Source: an uncultured Chloroflexia bacterium
GTDB lineage: Bacteria; Chloroflexota; Limnocylindria; Limnocylindrales; CSP1-4
Direction of reading: 5' to 3'
DNA length: 64,000 nt
NCBI GenBank assembly: GCA_963833225.1
Contig: CAWHXD010000014.1
Location: forward strand, 32,001-96,000
Below, piece after piece: positions 51,420 to 61,485 of the stretch (the first letter of the stretch is position 1; every line of letters begins with the position of its first letter). The notes beneath the pieces are model-generated. The model was not told where the DNA came from. It made no database searches and saw only the letters and a program-made list of their open reading frames with translations. A program made the position numbers and the translations under genes.

Positions 51420-52418
51420 ATGAAGATCGGAATCGACCTCGGCACCGCGAACGTCATCGTCTATGTCAAGGGCAAGGGCATCGTCACCACGGAGCCCTCT
51501 GTCGTCGCGGTCGGCGAGGACAACCGGATCGTCGCCGTGGGCGAGGAGGCCCGCGAGATGATCGGCCGCACGCCCGGCAACATCCAGGCCATCCGCCCGA
51601 TGAAGGACGGCGTCATCGCCGACTACGTCATCACGGAGGCCATGCTCCGGTTCTTCATCGGCAAGGCCACCAAGGGCCGGATCGGCTTCTCCCGGCCCGA
51701 GGTCATGATCTCGGTCCCGGCCGGGGTGACCTCGGTCGAGAAGCGCGCTGTCCGCGACGCCGCGCTCAAGGCCGGGGCCAAGGACGCCTTCCTGATCGAG
51801 GAGCCCCTCGCCGCGGCGATCGGTGCCAACGTGCCGATCAGCGGGCCGTCCGGGAACATGATCATCGACATCGGCGGTGGCACCTCCGAGATCGCCGTCA
51901 TCGCGCTCGGCGGAATCGTGGTGTTCAACAGCCTTCGCGTCGGCGGCAACAAGTTCGACGAGTCGATCGCCTCCTACATCCGCAAGAAGTACAACCTGAT
52001 GGTCGGCGAGCGGACCGCGGAGGAGGTCAAGATCCAGATCGGCACCGCGCTGCCCCTGGAGCGCGAGCTGACGATGGAGGTCCGCGGCCGCGACCTCATC
52101 GCGGGTCTCCCCCGGACGATCCCGATCACCAGCTCCGAGGTGATGGAGGCGATCGAGATCCCGCTCCAGCAGCTGGTCGCCGCGGTCCGCGGTGTCCTCG
52201 AGCAGACCCCGCCGGAGCTGTCCTCGGACATCATCGACAAGGGCATGGTCATGTCCGGCGGCGGGTCGCTGCTGCGCAACATCGACAAGCTGCTGACCCA
52301 GGTCACCGGCGTCCCGTGCCACGTCGCCGAGAACTCGCTCAACTGCGTGGCGCTGGGGACCGGGCTCGCGCTCGAGCACTTCGACTTCTTCAAGAAGTCC
52401 CTGGTCTCGCAGATCTGA
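51420..52418 (+). CDS. mreB: Rod shape-determining protein MreB
   Basis: IDLGTAN, EPSVVA, DIGGGT and AEEVK motifs. Confidence 0.96.
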   Translation: MKIGIDLGTANVIVYVKGKGIVTTEPSVVAVGEDNRIVAVGEEAREMIGRTPGNIQAIRPMKDGVIADYVITEAMLRFFIGKATKGRIGFSRPEVMISVPAGVTSVEKRAVRDAALKAGAKDAFLIEEPLAAAIGANVPISGPSGNMIIDIGGGTSEIAVIALGGIVVFNSLRVGGNKFDESIASYIRKKYNLMVGERTAEEVKIQIGTALPLERELTMEVRGRDLIAGLPRTIPITSSEVMEAIEIPLQQLVAAVRGVLEQTPPELSSDIIDKGMVMSGGGSLLRNIDKLLTQVTGVPCHVAENSLNCVALGTGLALEHFDFFKKSLVSQI

Positions 52419-52431
52419 GCCTGGCCCCGGG

Positions 52432-53142
52432 GTGACGTACTTCCTTGATCTGCACTGCCACACGTCGGCGAGCTTCGACTGCCTGGCCAGCCCGGAATCC
52501 CAGGTGCGGGCGGCGGCGGCACGCGGCCTGACCCACCTCGCCATCACGGACCACGACCGCATCGACGGCGCCCTGCGTGCCCGGGACGCGGCCCCCGGTG
52601 GGCTCACCGTGCTCATCGGCGAGGAGATCAAGACGGCGGACGGTGACCTGGTGGCGGTGTTCCTCGAGCGGGCCGTTGCGCCCGGGCGGCCGGCTCGCGA
52701 GACGATCGAGGAGGTCCGCGACCAGGGCGGGCTGGTGGGGATCCCGCATCCCTTCGACACGTTCCGCGGCTCGATGCTCACGGACCCGCGGCTGGAAGAG
52801 ATCGGGTCGCTGGTGGACTGGATCGAGGCGCACAACGCCCGCGTGGTCGGCGGCAGCGGCAACGAGAAGGCGGCCGCGTTCGCGCGCGAGCTGGGGCTGC
52901 CGGGCGTGGCCGTGTCCGACGCGCACAGCAGCCTCGAGGTCGGCGTCGCGTACAGCACCCTCGAGGTGGATCCATCCACGCCGGAAGGACTGCTTGCCGC
53001 CCTGACCTCCGTCGAGCTTGTGCCCGGGCGCTCCTCGTATATCGTGCGGACGTTGACCCCGATCGCCAAGCTCGTGAACCGCGCCCGTGGGAACCGGCGC
53101 GTGGTCCCGACACCCGCCGGCCGAGCGGGTCCCGCCGAATGA
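52432..53142 (+). CDS. PHP-domain protein
   Basis: DLHCHT, ITDHD, GEE, PHP and SDAH motifs. Confidence 0.88.
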   Translation: MTYFLDLHCHTSASFDCLASPESQVRAAAARGLTHLAITDHDRIDGALRARDAAPGGLTVLIGEEIKTADGDLVAVFLERAVAPGRPARETIEEVRDQGGLVGIPHPFDTFRGSMLTDPRLEEIGSLVDWIEAHNARVVGGSGNEKAAAFARELGLPGVAVSDAHSSLEVGVAYSTLEVDPSTPEGLLAALTSVELVPGRSSYIVRTLTPIAKLVNRARGNRRVVPTPAGRAGPAE

Positions 53143-54275
53143 GTGAGCCACCCGTGACCGATACCCGCCCGCTGCCCGCGACCGACCCGGAGCCGCCCGA
53201 GCCGGCCGGCGTTGCGGCCCCCGACCCCCTGGAATCAGAGGTCACCAGCGACCAGGTCTCGCTCGGCCGCCGGCTGCGCCAGCCACGCACGATCCTCTCG
53301 ATCGTCGTGCCCGTGGTGCTGCTGGTGCTGGCGTTCCAGCTGGTGCTCAAGGTGGACCCGCAGGAGATCGTCGACGGCATCGCCCAGGCGAACAAGCTGC
53401 TGCTCCTTGCCGCGTTCCTCGTGTTCTACGCGGGATTCCCGCTGCGCGGCCTCCGCTGGTCCCGCATCCTGCGCGGCACCAAGGTTCGGATCGGGGTCAA
53501 GGACTCCACCGAGATCCTGTTCCTGTCGTGGCTGGTGAACTGCCTGGTGCCGGCCAAGCTGGGCGACGTCTACCGCGCGTACCTGCTCAAGATCAACTCG
53601 CCGGTGTCGCTGTCGCGGACGTTTGGCACCGTGTTCATCGAGCGCATCCTCGACCTGTTCGCGATCGCGATCCTCGGCCTCGCCGCCGGGTTCTGGAGCT
53701 TCCGCTCCGGCCTGCCGCCCGAGATCCAGTTCGTGGCGATCCTGGGGATCGGGACCGTCGTGGTCCTCGCCGCCGGCCTGCTCACGCTGCGCAACTTCGG
53801 CCGGCGGATCATCACGGCACTGCCGCTGCCGCAGCGGGTGATGGGGCTCTACGACAAGTTCGAGGACGGGGTGTTCGGGGCTGTCAGCGGGCGGCAGCTC
53901 CCGGTCCTCATCGTGATCACCGGGCTGATCTGGTGCACCGAGGGCCTGCGCCTGTGGCTGGTCGTCCAGGCGCTGGGGTTCCAGGACGTGAACCTCGGCA
54001 TCTCGGGCGCGTTCTTCGTGGCCCTGATCGGGTCCCTGCTCACGGCCGTGCCGCTCAGCCCGGCCGGCCTGGGACTGGTGGAGGCGGGGATGGTGGGCGT
54101 GATGATCGCCGCCTACAACATCCCCGTGACCGAAGCCACGACGATCGCCCTCGTTGACCGCGTGATCAGCGTGTTCTCGATCATCGTGATCGGGTCGATC
54201 CTCTACCTGGTCTCCGGCAAGCGGAAGGGGATGGGGCTCTCCAGGCAGATCGAGGCTCCGTCACCCGCAGGCTGA
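53139..54275 (+). CDS. Lysylphosphatidylglycerol synthase TM (flippase-like) domain protein
   Basis: LRW, PAKLGDVYR, ERILD and PAGLGLVE motifs. Confidence 0.85.
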   Translation: MSEPPVTDTRPLPATDPEPPEPAGVAAPDPLESEVTSDQVSLGRRLRQPRTILSIVVPVVLLVLAFQLVLKVDPQEIVDGIAQANKLLLLAAFLVFYAGFPLRGLRWSRILRGTKVRIGVKDSTEILFLSWLVNCLVPAKLGDVYRAYLLKINSPVSLSRTFGTVFIERILDLFAIAILGLAAGFWSFRSGLPPEIQFVAILGIGTVVVLAAGLLTLRNFGRRIITALPLPQRVMGLYDKFEDGVFGAVSGRQLPVLIVITGLIWCTEGLRLWLVVQALGFQDVNLGISGAFFVALIGSLLTAVPLSPAGLGLVEAGMVGVMIAAYNIPVTEATTIALVDRVISVFSIIVIGSILYLVSGKRKGMGLSRQIEAPSPAG

Positions 54276-54476
54276 TCGGCGCGGCCGATGAGGGTCCCGG
54301 ACCCTGGGCGCCGATCGGGCTACGCCCGGACCCCACACGACCCCACCACACCTCACGACGGTGTTGACGCTCGGGCAACGACTGCGAGTACGAACGGGTG
54401 GTTTCTTGGACGCACCATCTCCCGGACACTGCAGACATCCCTCGCACGAAGCGCGGGGCCCTAGCCCAGAGCGAGC

Positions 54477-55051
54477 ATGACGACCGACAACGGCCGCGCA
54501 TTCAACGAGTGGCTGCGAGCACAGCTCAAGGCCAAGAAGATGTCGCAGCGCCAGCTGGCCCAGCAGTCGGGGGTCGACCATTCGACCATCTCCCGGCTCA
54601 TTCGTGGCGATCGTATGCCATCGCTCGGAACGGCCACCAAGCTGGCACGGGGACTCCGCGAGATCCGCGATGACGCCGACACGAGCACCGCCCTCGGGGT
54701 GGTGTCCGCTGGGACCCAGAACCCAACCGCGCGCGTCGAGTACGCGCTGCGTGCCGACGAGGCCCTCGCGGAGCCGCAGGTCCGCCAGATCATGGAGTAC
54801 TACCTGGCTGTCCGGGTGCGCCGCTTCGCGCGGACGTATGCGAACGTCGGGGTCAACGGACCCACCAACGGCAATGCGGCAGCGGCAGCGGCAACGGCAG
54901 CACCATGGCATCCGGCGTGAGCTCCTATGGGCGATCGGCCGGCATGGTTGCCGGAGTCGGTGCTCCCACCGTCGTTCGCACGGCACCGCCGCAGCGATAC
55001 GGTGCTCCGCGACCGGCGATGCGTCCGCCGCGGGCGCCGGGACGCTCCTAA
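54477..55051 (+). CDS. XRE-family HTH regulator (stop at 54920 as assembled; probably extends to TAA 55051 across an indel near 54876)
   Basis: SQRQLAQQSGVDHSTISRL HTH; the alternative frame reads GSGSGNGSTMASG...PGRS* up to the terminator. Confidence 0.75.
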
Positions 55052-55101
55052 CCGCCTTCAGCACAGGCCCGACCGTCCTCCCGGTCCGGGTCTCGGGGAC
55101 A

Positions 55102-55133
55102 GCGAACGCCGGTCTGCAGGGACCGGCGTTCGC
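55102..55133. terminator. Hairpin between convergent genes
   Basis: Perfect 13-bp stem gcgaacgccggtc/gaccggcgttcgc. Confidence 0.65.
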
Positions 55134-55166
55134 GTGTGTCTGGGCTGGTCTCGGGCGGCCGCCCCG

Positions 55167-56795
55167 CTACGGCACGCCGGCTGCAAGGATGGAGACGACG
55201 CGGCGCGAGCCGGCGTCGATGCGGTCCACCAGGCCGAGGTCCGTCCGGTCCCGCGCCGCCAGCCACTCCGCCTCGGCAGGCCCGCCGCACGGGGCGCCGA
55301 TCACCTCGTCGAACAGGGGATCGCACACCAGGACGACCACGCCCGCGCTGGCTGCCGCGGGTGCGGTGCCGGTTGACGGAGGCGCCGTGTCCGCGGCGGC
55401 CGGCAGCACCGGGGCGCCGTGCCGCTCGAGCGGGAACCGCAGCGCGTTGTCGTTCTTGAACGGTGGGATCCCGTCCAGCGCGAACGGCTCACCGGCCGTG
55501 ACCGCGAGCACCCGGGCGGCGGTGGCGTCGGCGAGCGGCCAGCCGCCGTCCGGGGCCTGGGCCGGCGGCCAGGCCGTGACCGCGATCAGCGCCAGGGCAA
55601 GCGTTCCCGCCGCCGCAGCCGCCCGGCCCGGCAGCCCGCCGGGAAGGCCCGTGGCCAACCTCGCCAGCCCGACACCCGCGAGCGCCAGCACGACCGGGTC
55701 CAGGAACGCGTGGTAGTGGTCGTTGGGGAGCTCGGGCACCACGATGGCGAGGCTCGGCGCGAACAGGGCGAGGAGCACGATGGAGACAACGAGGGCGCCG
55801 AGCAGCCAGCGGGCGGTGGCGGTGTCAGGCCCTGCGGCCTCGGGCTCTGCGTCCGCCGCCGGTTCCGTCCGCCGCCCTCCGGCCACGACGGCAAGCGCGA
55901 TGACCAGCGCCAGGATCAGCACCGCGGCCAGCGACGCCATCACGCGGTCCGTGACCAGCCCGGAGACCGGCCAGGTCACCGATCGAAGCCCGACCATGAC
56001 CATGCGGTCGAGGGTGCCCGCGGCGGCCTCGCGCCCGCCCCCCGTGAGGTACTCGAGGATCCCGCGGGCCTCCGAGAAGCCGCTGCCCAGCTCGTGGACG
56101 AGGAGCGGGAGATACCCGGCCGCGATCACGATGGCCGCGGCCAGCCCGCCCCTGGCCGTGCCCGTGACCGGTTCACCCGCGCGCCGCCGGTGCGCAACGT
56201 CGGATCCCCAGGCCCACAGCAGCGGCAGCACGATGACCACGCCCAGGACATGGCACTGCATCGTGACCATCGCACCGATCCCCGACATGGCCCACCATCG
56301 CACCCGTCCCGTGCGGCGTGCCTGGATCGCGGCGGCGAATGCCAGCGCCGCCGCCGCCGCGATGAGGTTCGGGTTCCAGATGAACGTCGACTCGTCGATC
56401 CCCGCCGGCGAGATTGCCGCGAGGAACCCCGCCAGGGCCCCCGCAAGCGGCCCCCCGACGAGGCGCCCCAGCCACCAGGCGCCCGCGACCGCGGCGATCC
56501 CGAACAGCGCGATCTCGCCCGTGACCGCGACCGGGTCCGCCGACGACAGGATCGCCGCCGGGGCGAGCAGGTAGTAGTACACCGCCCCGTGGTGGAACGT
56601 CCCGATCGACGTTCGCGGTCCCAGGAGCGGCACCTCTCCGTCGATGGCCAGCGCGCGAAGCACCCGCATGTCCGTGCCCTGGTCGGCATCCCAGCGTCCT
56701 CGCTCGGCAAGACCCGGCAGCCGGGTGAGCGCCGCAAGCACGAGCAACGCGAGCAGGACCCCAAGCTCCAGCCGCCGGAGCCGGGTTGCCGTCAC
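55167..56795 (-). CDS. GT-C / family 39 (ArnT/PMT-like) membrane glycosyltransferase
   Basis: DADQG, LLGP, HGAVYYYLLAP and FIWNPN motifs; many TM helices. Confidence 0.75.
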   Translation of the reverse strand: MTATRLRRLELGVLLALLVLAALTRLPGLAERGRWDADQGTDMRVLRALAIDGEVPLLGPRTSIGTFHHGAVYYYLLAPAAILSSADPVAVTGEIALFGIAAVAGAWWLGRLVGGPLAGALAGFLAAISPAGIDESTFIWNPNLIAAAAALAFAAAIQARRTGRVRWWAMSGIGAMVTMQCHVLGVVIVLPLLWAWGSDVAHRRRAGEPVTGTARGGLAAAIVIAAGYLPLLVHELGSGFSEARGILEYLTGGGREAAAGTLDRMVMVGLRSVTWPVSGLVTDRVMASLAAVLILALVIALAVVAGGRRTEPAADAEPEAAGPDTATARWLLGALVVSIVLLALFAPSLAIVVPELPNDHYHAFLDPVVLALAGVGLARLATGLPGGLPGRAAAAAGTLALALIAVTAWPPAQAPDGGWPLADATAARVLAVTAGEPFALDGIPPFKNDNALRFPLERHGAPVLPAAADTAPPSTGTAPAAASAGVVVLVCDPLFDEVIGAPCGGPAEAEWLAARDRTDLGLVDRIDAGSRRVVSILAAGVP

Positions 56796-57832
56796 GGGCG
56801 GGCCCGGGGTGCCGGGCCGCCGGTGCGCCGTGGCTCGCCCGTGGACTGCGGGTCCGCGTCGGACGCCGTCGCAGGCCCATCGTCCTCGGCGGGTGCGCTC
56901 CGGCCCTTCGAGCTCCGGGTGTGGAACGCCGCCGCCGGGAGCTCGGCCAGCGGTCGGCCGTTTGCGAGGTCCAGCACCCGCGCGACGTTCACCGCGTCGT
57001 AGCCGTCGTCCATGCCGGGCGTCTCGAGGTAGTAGGCCACGTGCTCGAGACCAGGGTGGGTGACGATGCGCGCCATGCCCTCGGCCCCGATCTGTCCGGC
57101 GCCCACGTGCTCGTGCCGGTCCTGACGGCTGCCGATCTCGGACCGGGAGTCGTTGAGGTGGACCATGTGCAACCGGCCGAGGCCGACCAGCTCGTCGAAC
57201 GCCTCCAGCGTCCCGTCCACGCCGACAGCCGTGTGCAGCGGGTAGCCGGCCCCCCAGAGGTGCGCCGTGTCCAGGCAGTAGCCGTAGCGCGCCCGATCCA
57301 CCCCGGCATCCGCGATCGCCTGCTCGATCCCGCCAAGCTCCTCCATCGACGCACCCAGCCCAAAGCCGCCGCCCGACCCGTTCTCGAGCACCAGCAGGAC
57401 ATCCGGCGCCGCACCGTCGACAAGGTCCATGACCTCGCGCACGCCGCGGGCCAGGTGCCGGATGCCCGCCGCCGCTCCCTCCCCACGGTGTGACCCCACG
57501 TGGACGTTGACGAAGCGCGCCCCGTACGCCTGGGCCACCCGCAGCTCGTTGGCAAGCACATCCACCGACCGGCGGTGGAAGTCCGGATCGCCACCCGCAA
57601 GGTTCACCAGGTACGGCGCGTGGATGGCAAGCGGGCGGATCTCCCGCTCCGCGAGCCGATCGCGAAAGGCCGGCAGCTCCCGCGGCAGGGTTTCGCGGCG
57701 GCGCCAGGACGTTGGGTTGTCGGCGAAGACCTGGAGGGCGGACGCGCCGATCTCGGCCGCGCGGTCGGCGGCCCTGACCATCCCGTGCCCCAGGGGCAGG
57801 TGGGCCCCCAGCCGGCGCCCGTTCGGAAGCAT
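56792..57832 (-). CDS. nfo: Endonuclease IV
   Basis: GAH, HAPYLVNL, LEN, DTAH, HLNDS, DRHEH and LETP motifs. Confidence 0.93.
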   Translation of the reverse strand: MLPNGRRLGAHLPLGHGMVRAADRAAEIGASALQVFADNPTSWRRRETLPRELPAFRDRLAEREIRPLAIHAPYLVNLAGGDPDFHRRSVDVLANELRVAQAYGARFVNVHVGSHRGEGAAAGIRHLARGVREVMDLVDGAAPDVLLVLENGSGGGFGLGASMEELGGIEQAIADAGVDRARYGYCLDTAHLWGAGYPLHTAVGVDGTLEAFDELVGLGRLHMVHLNDSRSEIGSRQDRHEHVGAGQIGAEGMARIVTHPGLEHVAYYLETPGMDDGYDAVNVARVLDLANGRPLAELPAAAFHTRSSKGRSAPAEDDGPATASDADPQSTGEPRRTGGPAPRARP

Positions 57833-57973
57833 CGCCGCAAGGGTAGCGGAGGGGACCATGGCCACGGCGGCCGCGCGAACCGTCATCGCCCGGCCTTCGC
57901 GAGCGCTCACCTGTCTGCCGGCGAAGGCCAGACCCCGGGCGCGGCCGCCAGACCCCGCGAGTGCGGGGCCGAA

Positions 57974-58029
57974 CCCCGAGCGCGGCCGCCAGGCCCCCGA
58001 GCGCGGCCGCCAGGCCCCCGAGCGCGGTC
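57974..58029. repeat. 21-bp tandem repeat (about 2.6 copies)
   Basis: Unit ccccgagcgcggccgccaggc. Confidence 0.8.
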
Positions 58030-58034
58030 GCTCG

Positions 58035-58616
58035 CTACCCCTTGCGGCCCTTCGACGTATAGGCCCCGGCCACGACCGGCTCGATCAGCCCGTAGTGGCC
58101 GTCCTTCCGCCGGTAGATCACTGCGAGCCGCTCGTTCTCCGCGTTCACGAACACGTAGAAGTCGTGGTCCAGCTCCTCCATCGCCGCGACCGCGTCCTCC
58201 TCGAACATCGGCTCGATGGCGAAGCGCTTGGTCTTCACGATCCGGTGCTCGGGGGCGTCGTCCGACGTTCCGTCCGCGATCCGGCGCAGGATCGTCTTCT
58301 CCTCCTCCGGGCGGGATCGGACCCGCGGTTTCTCCTTGAAGTCGATCGCCTGGCGTTCCACCTTGTCGACCACGACGTCGAGCGCGGCCTGGTAGGACGA
58401 ACCCGATGCATGGCTCTTGAGCGTCTTGCCGTCGATCACCAGCGTGACGTCCGCGAGATGGGCGTCGGCTGCGCTCCGATGCGACTCGTTCGACAGTTCG
58501 ACGATGGCGTCCGTGCGGTCATCGAGGAGCCGCTCGAGGCGGGCGAACTTGCGCTCCGCGTATTGCCGGACCCGGTCCGGGACCTCGAGGTTCTTGCCCC
58601 TGACGATCGTCCTCAC
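58035..58616 (-). CDS. hpf: Ribosome hibernation promoting factor (long HPF/RaiA)
   Basis: GKNLEV and ALDVVVDKVERQ motifs, with C-terminal PM..EDAV..M...HDFYVF...YRRKDG.YG. Confidence 0.93.
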   Translation of the reverse strand: MRTIVRGKNLEVPDRVRQYAERKFARLERLLDDRTDAIVELSNESHRSAADAHLADVTLVIDGKTLKSHASGSSYQAALDVVVDKVERQAIDFKEKPRVRSRPEEEKTILRRIADGTSDDAPEHRIVKTKRFAIEPMFEEDAVAAMEELDHDFYVFVNAENERLAVIYRRKDGHYGLIEPVVAGAYTSKGRKG

Positions 58617-58911
58617 GGCTGACCTCCCGGCGCTCGAGCGCCTGGCTGCGGGGGACGGCGGGGCCGGAGATGGGCCTCGCCCGGAGTCCGAGTATAGCCA
58701 CCGTCCGGCGATGCCCCACAGGGCCGATCGGGGCCGATCGGGGCCGGTCTGAGGTCCCGAGACGCATCGTCCGAGGCACGCCAGGGGGCGCATCCTCCGC
58801 GGCCGCCTCGCCCGACCATCTCTCGCGCGCGTCCCACACGCGCGGCGCGCTCGCGGCAATCTCCGTGCGGTCACTCGCGACCACGCGGTGACCTCCGGCG
58901 ACCGTTCGCGG

Positions 58912-59589
58912 CTATCGTTCCCGGGCGACCGCGATCGCGCTGACTGCCACTGCGCCGGCATCGAGCAGGGCGTGTGCCGACTCGCTCAGCGTGGCACCGG
59001 TGGTGACCACGTCGTCCACCAGGACCACCCACCGGTTCCGGACTGCCGGCTTGGAGGCCGGTGCCACGCAGAATGCCTCCGCGACGTTCGCGGCCCGGTG
59101 GCGGCGATCCAGGCGGTACTGCGCCGTGGTGGCCCGGGTGCGGACGAGAGCCGGATGCCACGGGAGGCCCAGGTGGCCGGCGGCGGCTGCCGTGATCAGG
59201 GCCGCCTGATCGTAGCCGCGCTCGCGCCGGCGGCGAGCATGGACCGGGACCGGGACCAGGATGTCGCCGCCTGCTCCCGCGCGCCGCCAGCGTTCCGCGA
59301 CCGCCCCGCCGAGCGGTGCCGCAAGACGCTGCTCGCCCGCGTACTTGAGCGCGTGGAGAGCCTTGCGTGTGGTTCCCGCGAATGGCGAGCACCATTCCAG
59401 CTGAACGAGCGGATCCGGGGGCCCATCCGCGAGTCCCAGCGGTGTCCCGGGCGGGAGGGTGATCCGGGTCCCAATCCCCGGCCGGCAGTCCCGGCAGATG
59501 GCTTCACCCTCAGCGCCGCACCCGGCACACAGCGGTGGCATCGCCAGGTCGAGGAGGCGCCCGACGGGTCGGAGCAGGGAGTGGGTCAC
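58912..59589 (-). CDS. comF: ComF-family phosphoribosyltransferase-like protein
   Basis: CxxC...CxxC, LKY, RGYDQA and LVDDVVTTGAT motifs. Confidence 0.9.
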   Translation of the reverse strand: MTHSLLRPVGRLLDLAMPPLCAGCGAEGEAICRDCRPGIGTRITLPPGTPLGLADGPPDPLVQLEWCSPFAGTTRKALHALKYAGEQRLAAPLGGAVAERWRRAGAGGDILVPVPVHARRRRERGYDQAALITAAAAGHLGLPWHPALVRTRATTAQYRLDRRHRAANVAEAFCVAPASKPAVRNRWVVLVDDVVTTGATLSESAHALLDAGAVAVSAIAVARER

Positions 59590-59659
59590 GCTCGGTTGCC
59601 TCCGGTCTGGGTGTGGGCCGGTCCGGACGCCAGCGATCCGGGTGCCATGCCGCCGCCCC

Positions 59660-59744
59660 GACTTCTCCCCCGGGCGCCCGTCCGACGCGATTCCCGCCCC
59701 GGGCACCCGTCCGCCGCGACTCCCGCCCCGGGCACCCGTCCGCA
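59660..59744. repeat. 29-bp tandem repeat (about 3 copies)
   Basis: Unit ccccgggcacccgtccgccgcgactcccg. Confidence 0.8.
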
Positions 59745-59758
59745 TCACCTTCGGCTCC

Positions 59759-60861
59759 GGGCGCCCGGCGCCCCTACGGTTCCACGCGGGAGTGGATCGG
59801 GCGCCAGCCGCCCGCGGTGTCCCACCGATCGGGCGAGTCACGTGACAATCGCCCCATGTGGCGCCCGGATCTCCGCGGCACCGGCTCGTTGGGGCGCCCG
59901 GCGCCCATGGCGAGGCTCGGTGCGGGCTGCCACACGCGCGGCCCCAATCCGCCGCCCACCGGCCCCAGCCCCACCGGCGCAACCCTCCACGAGAGGCGGT
60001 CGCTGGCTCACAGCAGGATGATTCCACTCGCGCCCGGAACACGGCCCCGCCGCAGCTCTCGGGCGATGGCCGCCCCGTCAAGCGGAAACCCTGCGCGAAG
60101 CGCCTCACGATGCTCCGCCAGCACCCGCCGATTGTGAGCGGTTCGGTTGACGACGAGGATCACCACTCCGGCGCCCGGATCGTCACGCCGCTTCGCCTCG
60201 ATCCGCCGCTCCACACCCTGCGCATCGTCCACCCTGGACTCGCCCTCCACGGACGCGACGTGGGCGCCGTCATCGATTCGGCCGTCCCATGCCCGGAGAT
60301 CACCCTGGATCGGGATCGGAACCTCGCGACGAAGGCGCAGCGGCGGCGCGAGCAACGCTTCGAGTCGACCGAGGAGGGCAAGCTGCGCGACGTCGTGGAT
60401 CGGGGCGCCATCTGGGTAGAGCTGCATCGCTGGCTTGAGTCCAACCGCGCGCGCGGCGCGGCACAGCTGGTCAAGCGATGGCCGCACGATGGCGTTCCGT
60501 TCGATGCGGCCGAGCTGGGTTCCGGAGAAGCCGGCTCGTCGGCCTGCGACCTCGAGGCTCATGCCTCGTGAAGTGCGAGCCCGCCGGATCTCATTCCCAA
60601 CGAGCGCGTAGAGGCGCCGCGCGTCAGCGGCTCCAACGTCTCCGGGTCGTTGTCGAGTTGCCATGGCTCGCATCATGGCGTGGGGCTCTTATGCGGGAGT
60701 TATCTGGGGGTGCCGGGCGCCCGGGGCTCGAACTGGCGCGTGCCGGGTTCATCCGGGCCCGGGGCGCCCTGCCCGTTGCATGCCACCGGCGGCCGCGTGA
60801 CAGTTGAGGCGCCTCGCGCCCAGAACGTCGCGGGCTGCAACCGTAGGGGCGCCCGCCGCCC
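59759..60861. mobile_element. Putative REPtron-like cassette: HTH-nuclease gene between inverted GTAG-tagged hairpins
   Basis: AACC-GTAG-GGGCG-N5-CGCCC at 60839-60861 (+) and 59759-59781 (-). Confidence 0.55.
60008..60664 (-). CDS. XRE-HTH protein with C-terminal PD-(D/E)XK-like domain
   Basis: HTH segment SLEVAGRRAGFSGTQLGRIE; REVPI..GDLRAWD...VEGES motif; homologous to 20547..21311; CATGAT-N7-ATG leaderless start. Confidence 0.72.
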   Translation of the reverse strand: MATRQRPGDVGAADARRLYALVGNEIRRARTSRGMSLEVAGRRAGFSGTQLGRIERNAIVRPSLDQLCRAARAVGLKPAMQLYPDGAPIHDVAQLALLGRLEALLAPPLRLRREVPIPIQGDLRAWDGRIDDGAHVASVEGESRVDDAQGVERRIEAKRRDDPGAGVVILVVNRTAHNRRVLAEHREALRAGFPLDGAAIARELRRGRVPGASGIILL

Positions 60862-60926
60862 GAGCCCGCCGCCCGAGCCCGCCGCCCGCGCCGCCGCCCG
60901 CCGCCGCCCGAGCCCGCCCGCCCGAG
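60851..60926. repeat. 13-bp-based tandem repeat
   Basis: Unit gcccgccgcccga with variants; begins within the right REP hairpin. Confidence 0.8.
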
Positions 60927-61450
60927 TCAGGCCCGGACCTGGACCTCGATGCGGTCGCCCACCGCGGTGCGCGTGGCATCGATCGTCCCCACTGGCAGCT
61001 CGATCACGCCGTCGGCGCCCCGCACCAGCCACACGACGCCGATCCACGCCCGCAGGCGCCGGTGCACCGACTTCACCACGCGCACGCCCGCAGCATCGGC
61101 CTTGGACAGGAACACGGCGTCGATCGGGAAGCGCATGAACATCATGTGGATCCCATTGCCGCCGGGCAGCCACAGGCCGTCACCGGCGGGCAACGAGGGA
61201 CGGCCCATGAGCCCCATGAGCTTGCCCCAGAACGAGCTGGCCGTCTCCAGCCGCTCCGCGAGGACGGTGCCCTGGTCCAGGTTGCGGGCAATGCCTCGAC
61301 CTGGACCGCCAACGCCGGAACCCGTGCTCGCCCCGGAACCGCCGGAACCCGTGCTCGCGGCGGAACCCCCGGAACCGCCGGAACCCGTGCTCGCGCCGGA
61401 CCACCCGCCGGAACCCGTGCTCGCGACCCGGAACCCGCCTCCGCGCTCAC
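60927..61450 (-). CDS. DUF192-family protein with Gly/Ser repeat N-terminus (start uncertain; frame break in the repeat)
   Basis: ARNLDQGTVLAERLETASSFWGKLMGLMGR...IHMMFMRFPIDAVFL...VIELPVG. Confidence 0.8.
61313..61437. repeat. Tandem gccggaacccgtgctcgc-based repeat
   Basis: Four or more copies with variable linkers. Confidence 0.8.
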
Positions 61451-61485
61451 GTCGAGCCCACGAGCGAACCCGGGCTCACCAGGAG

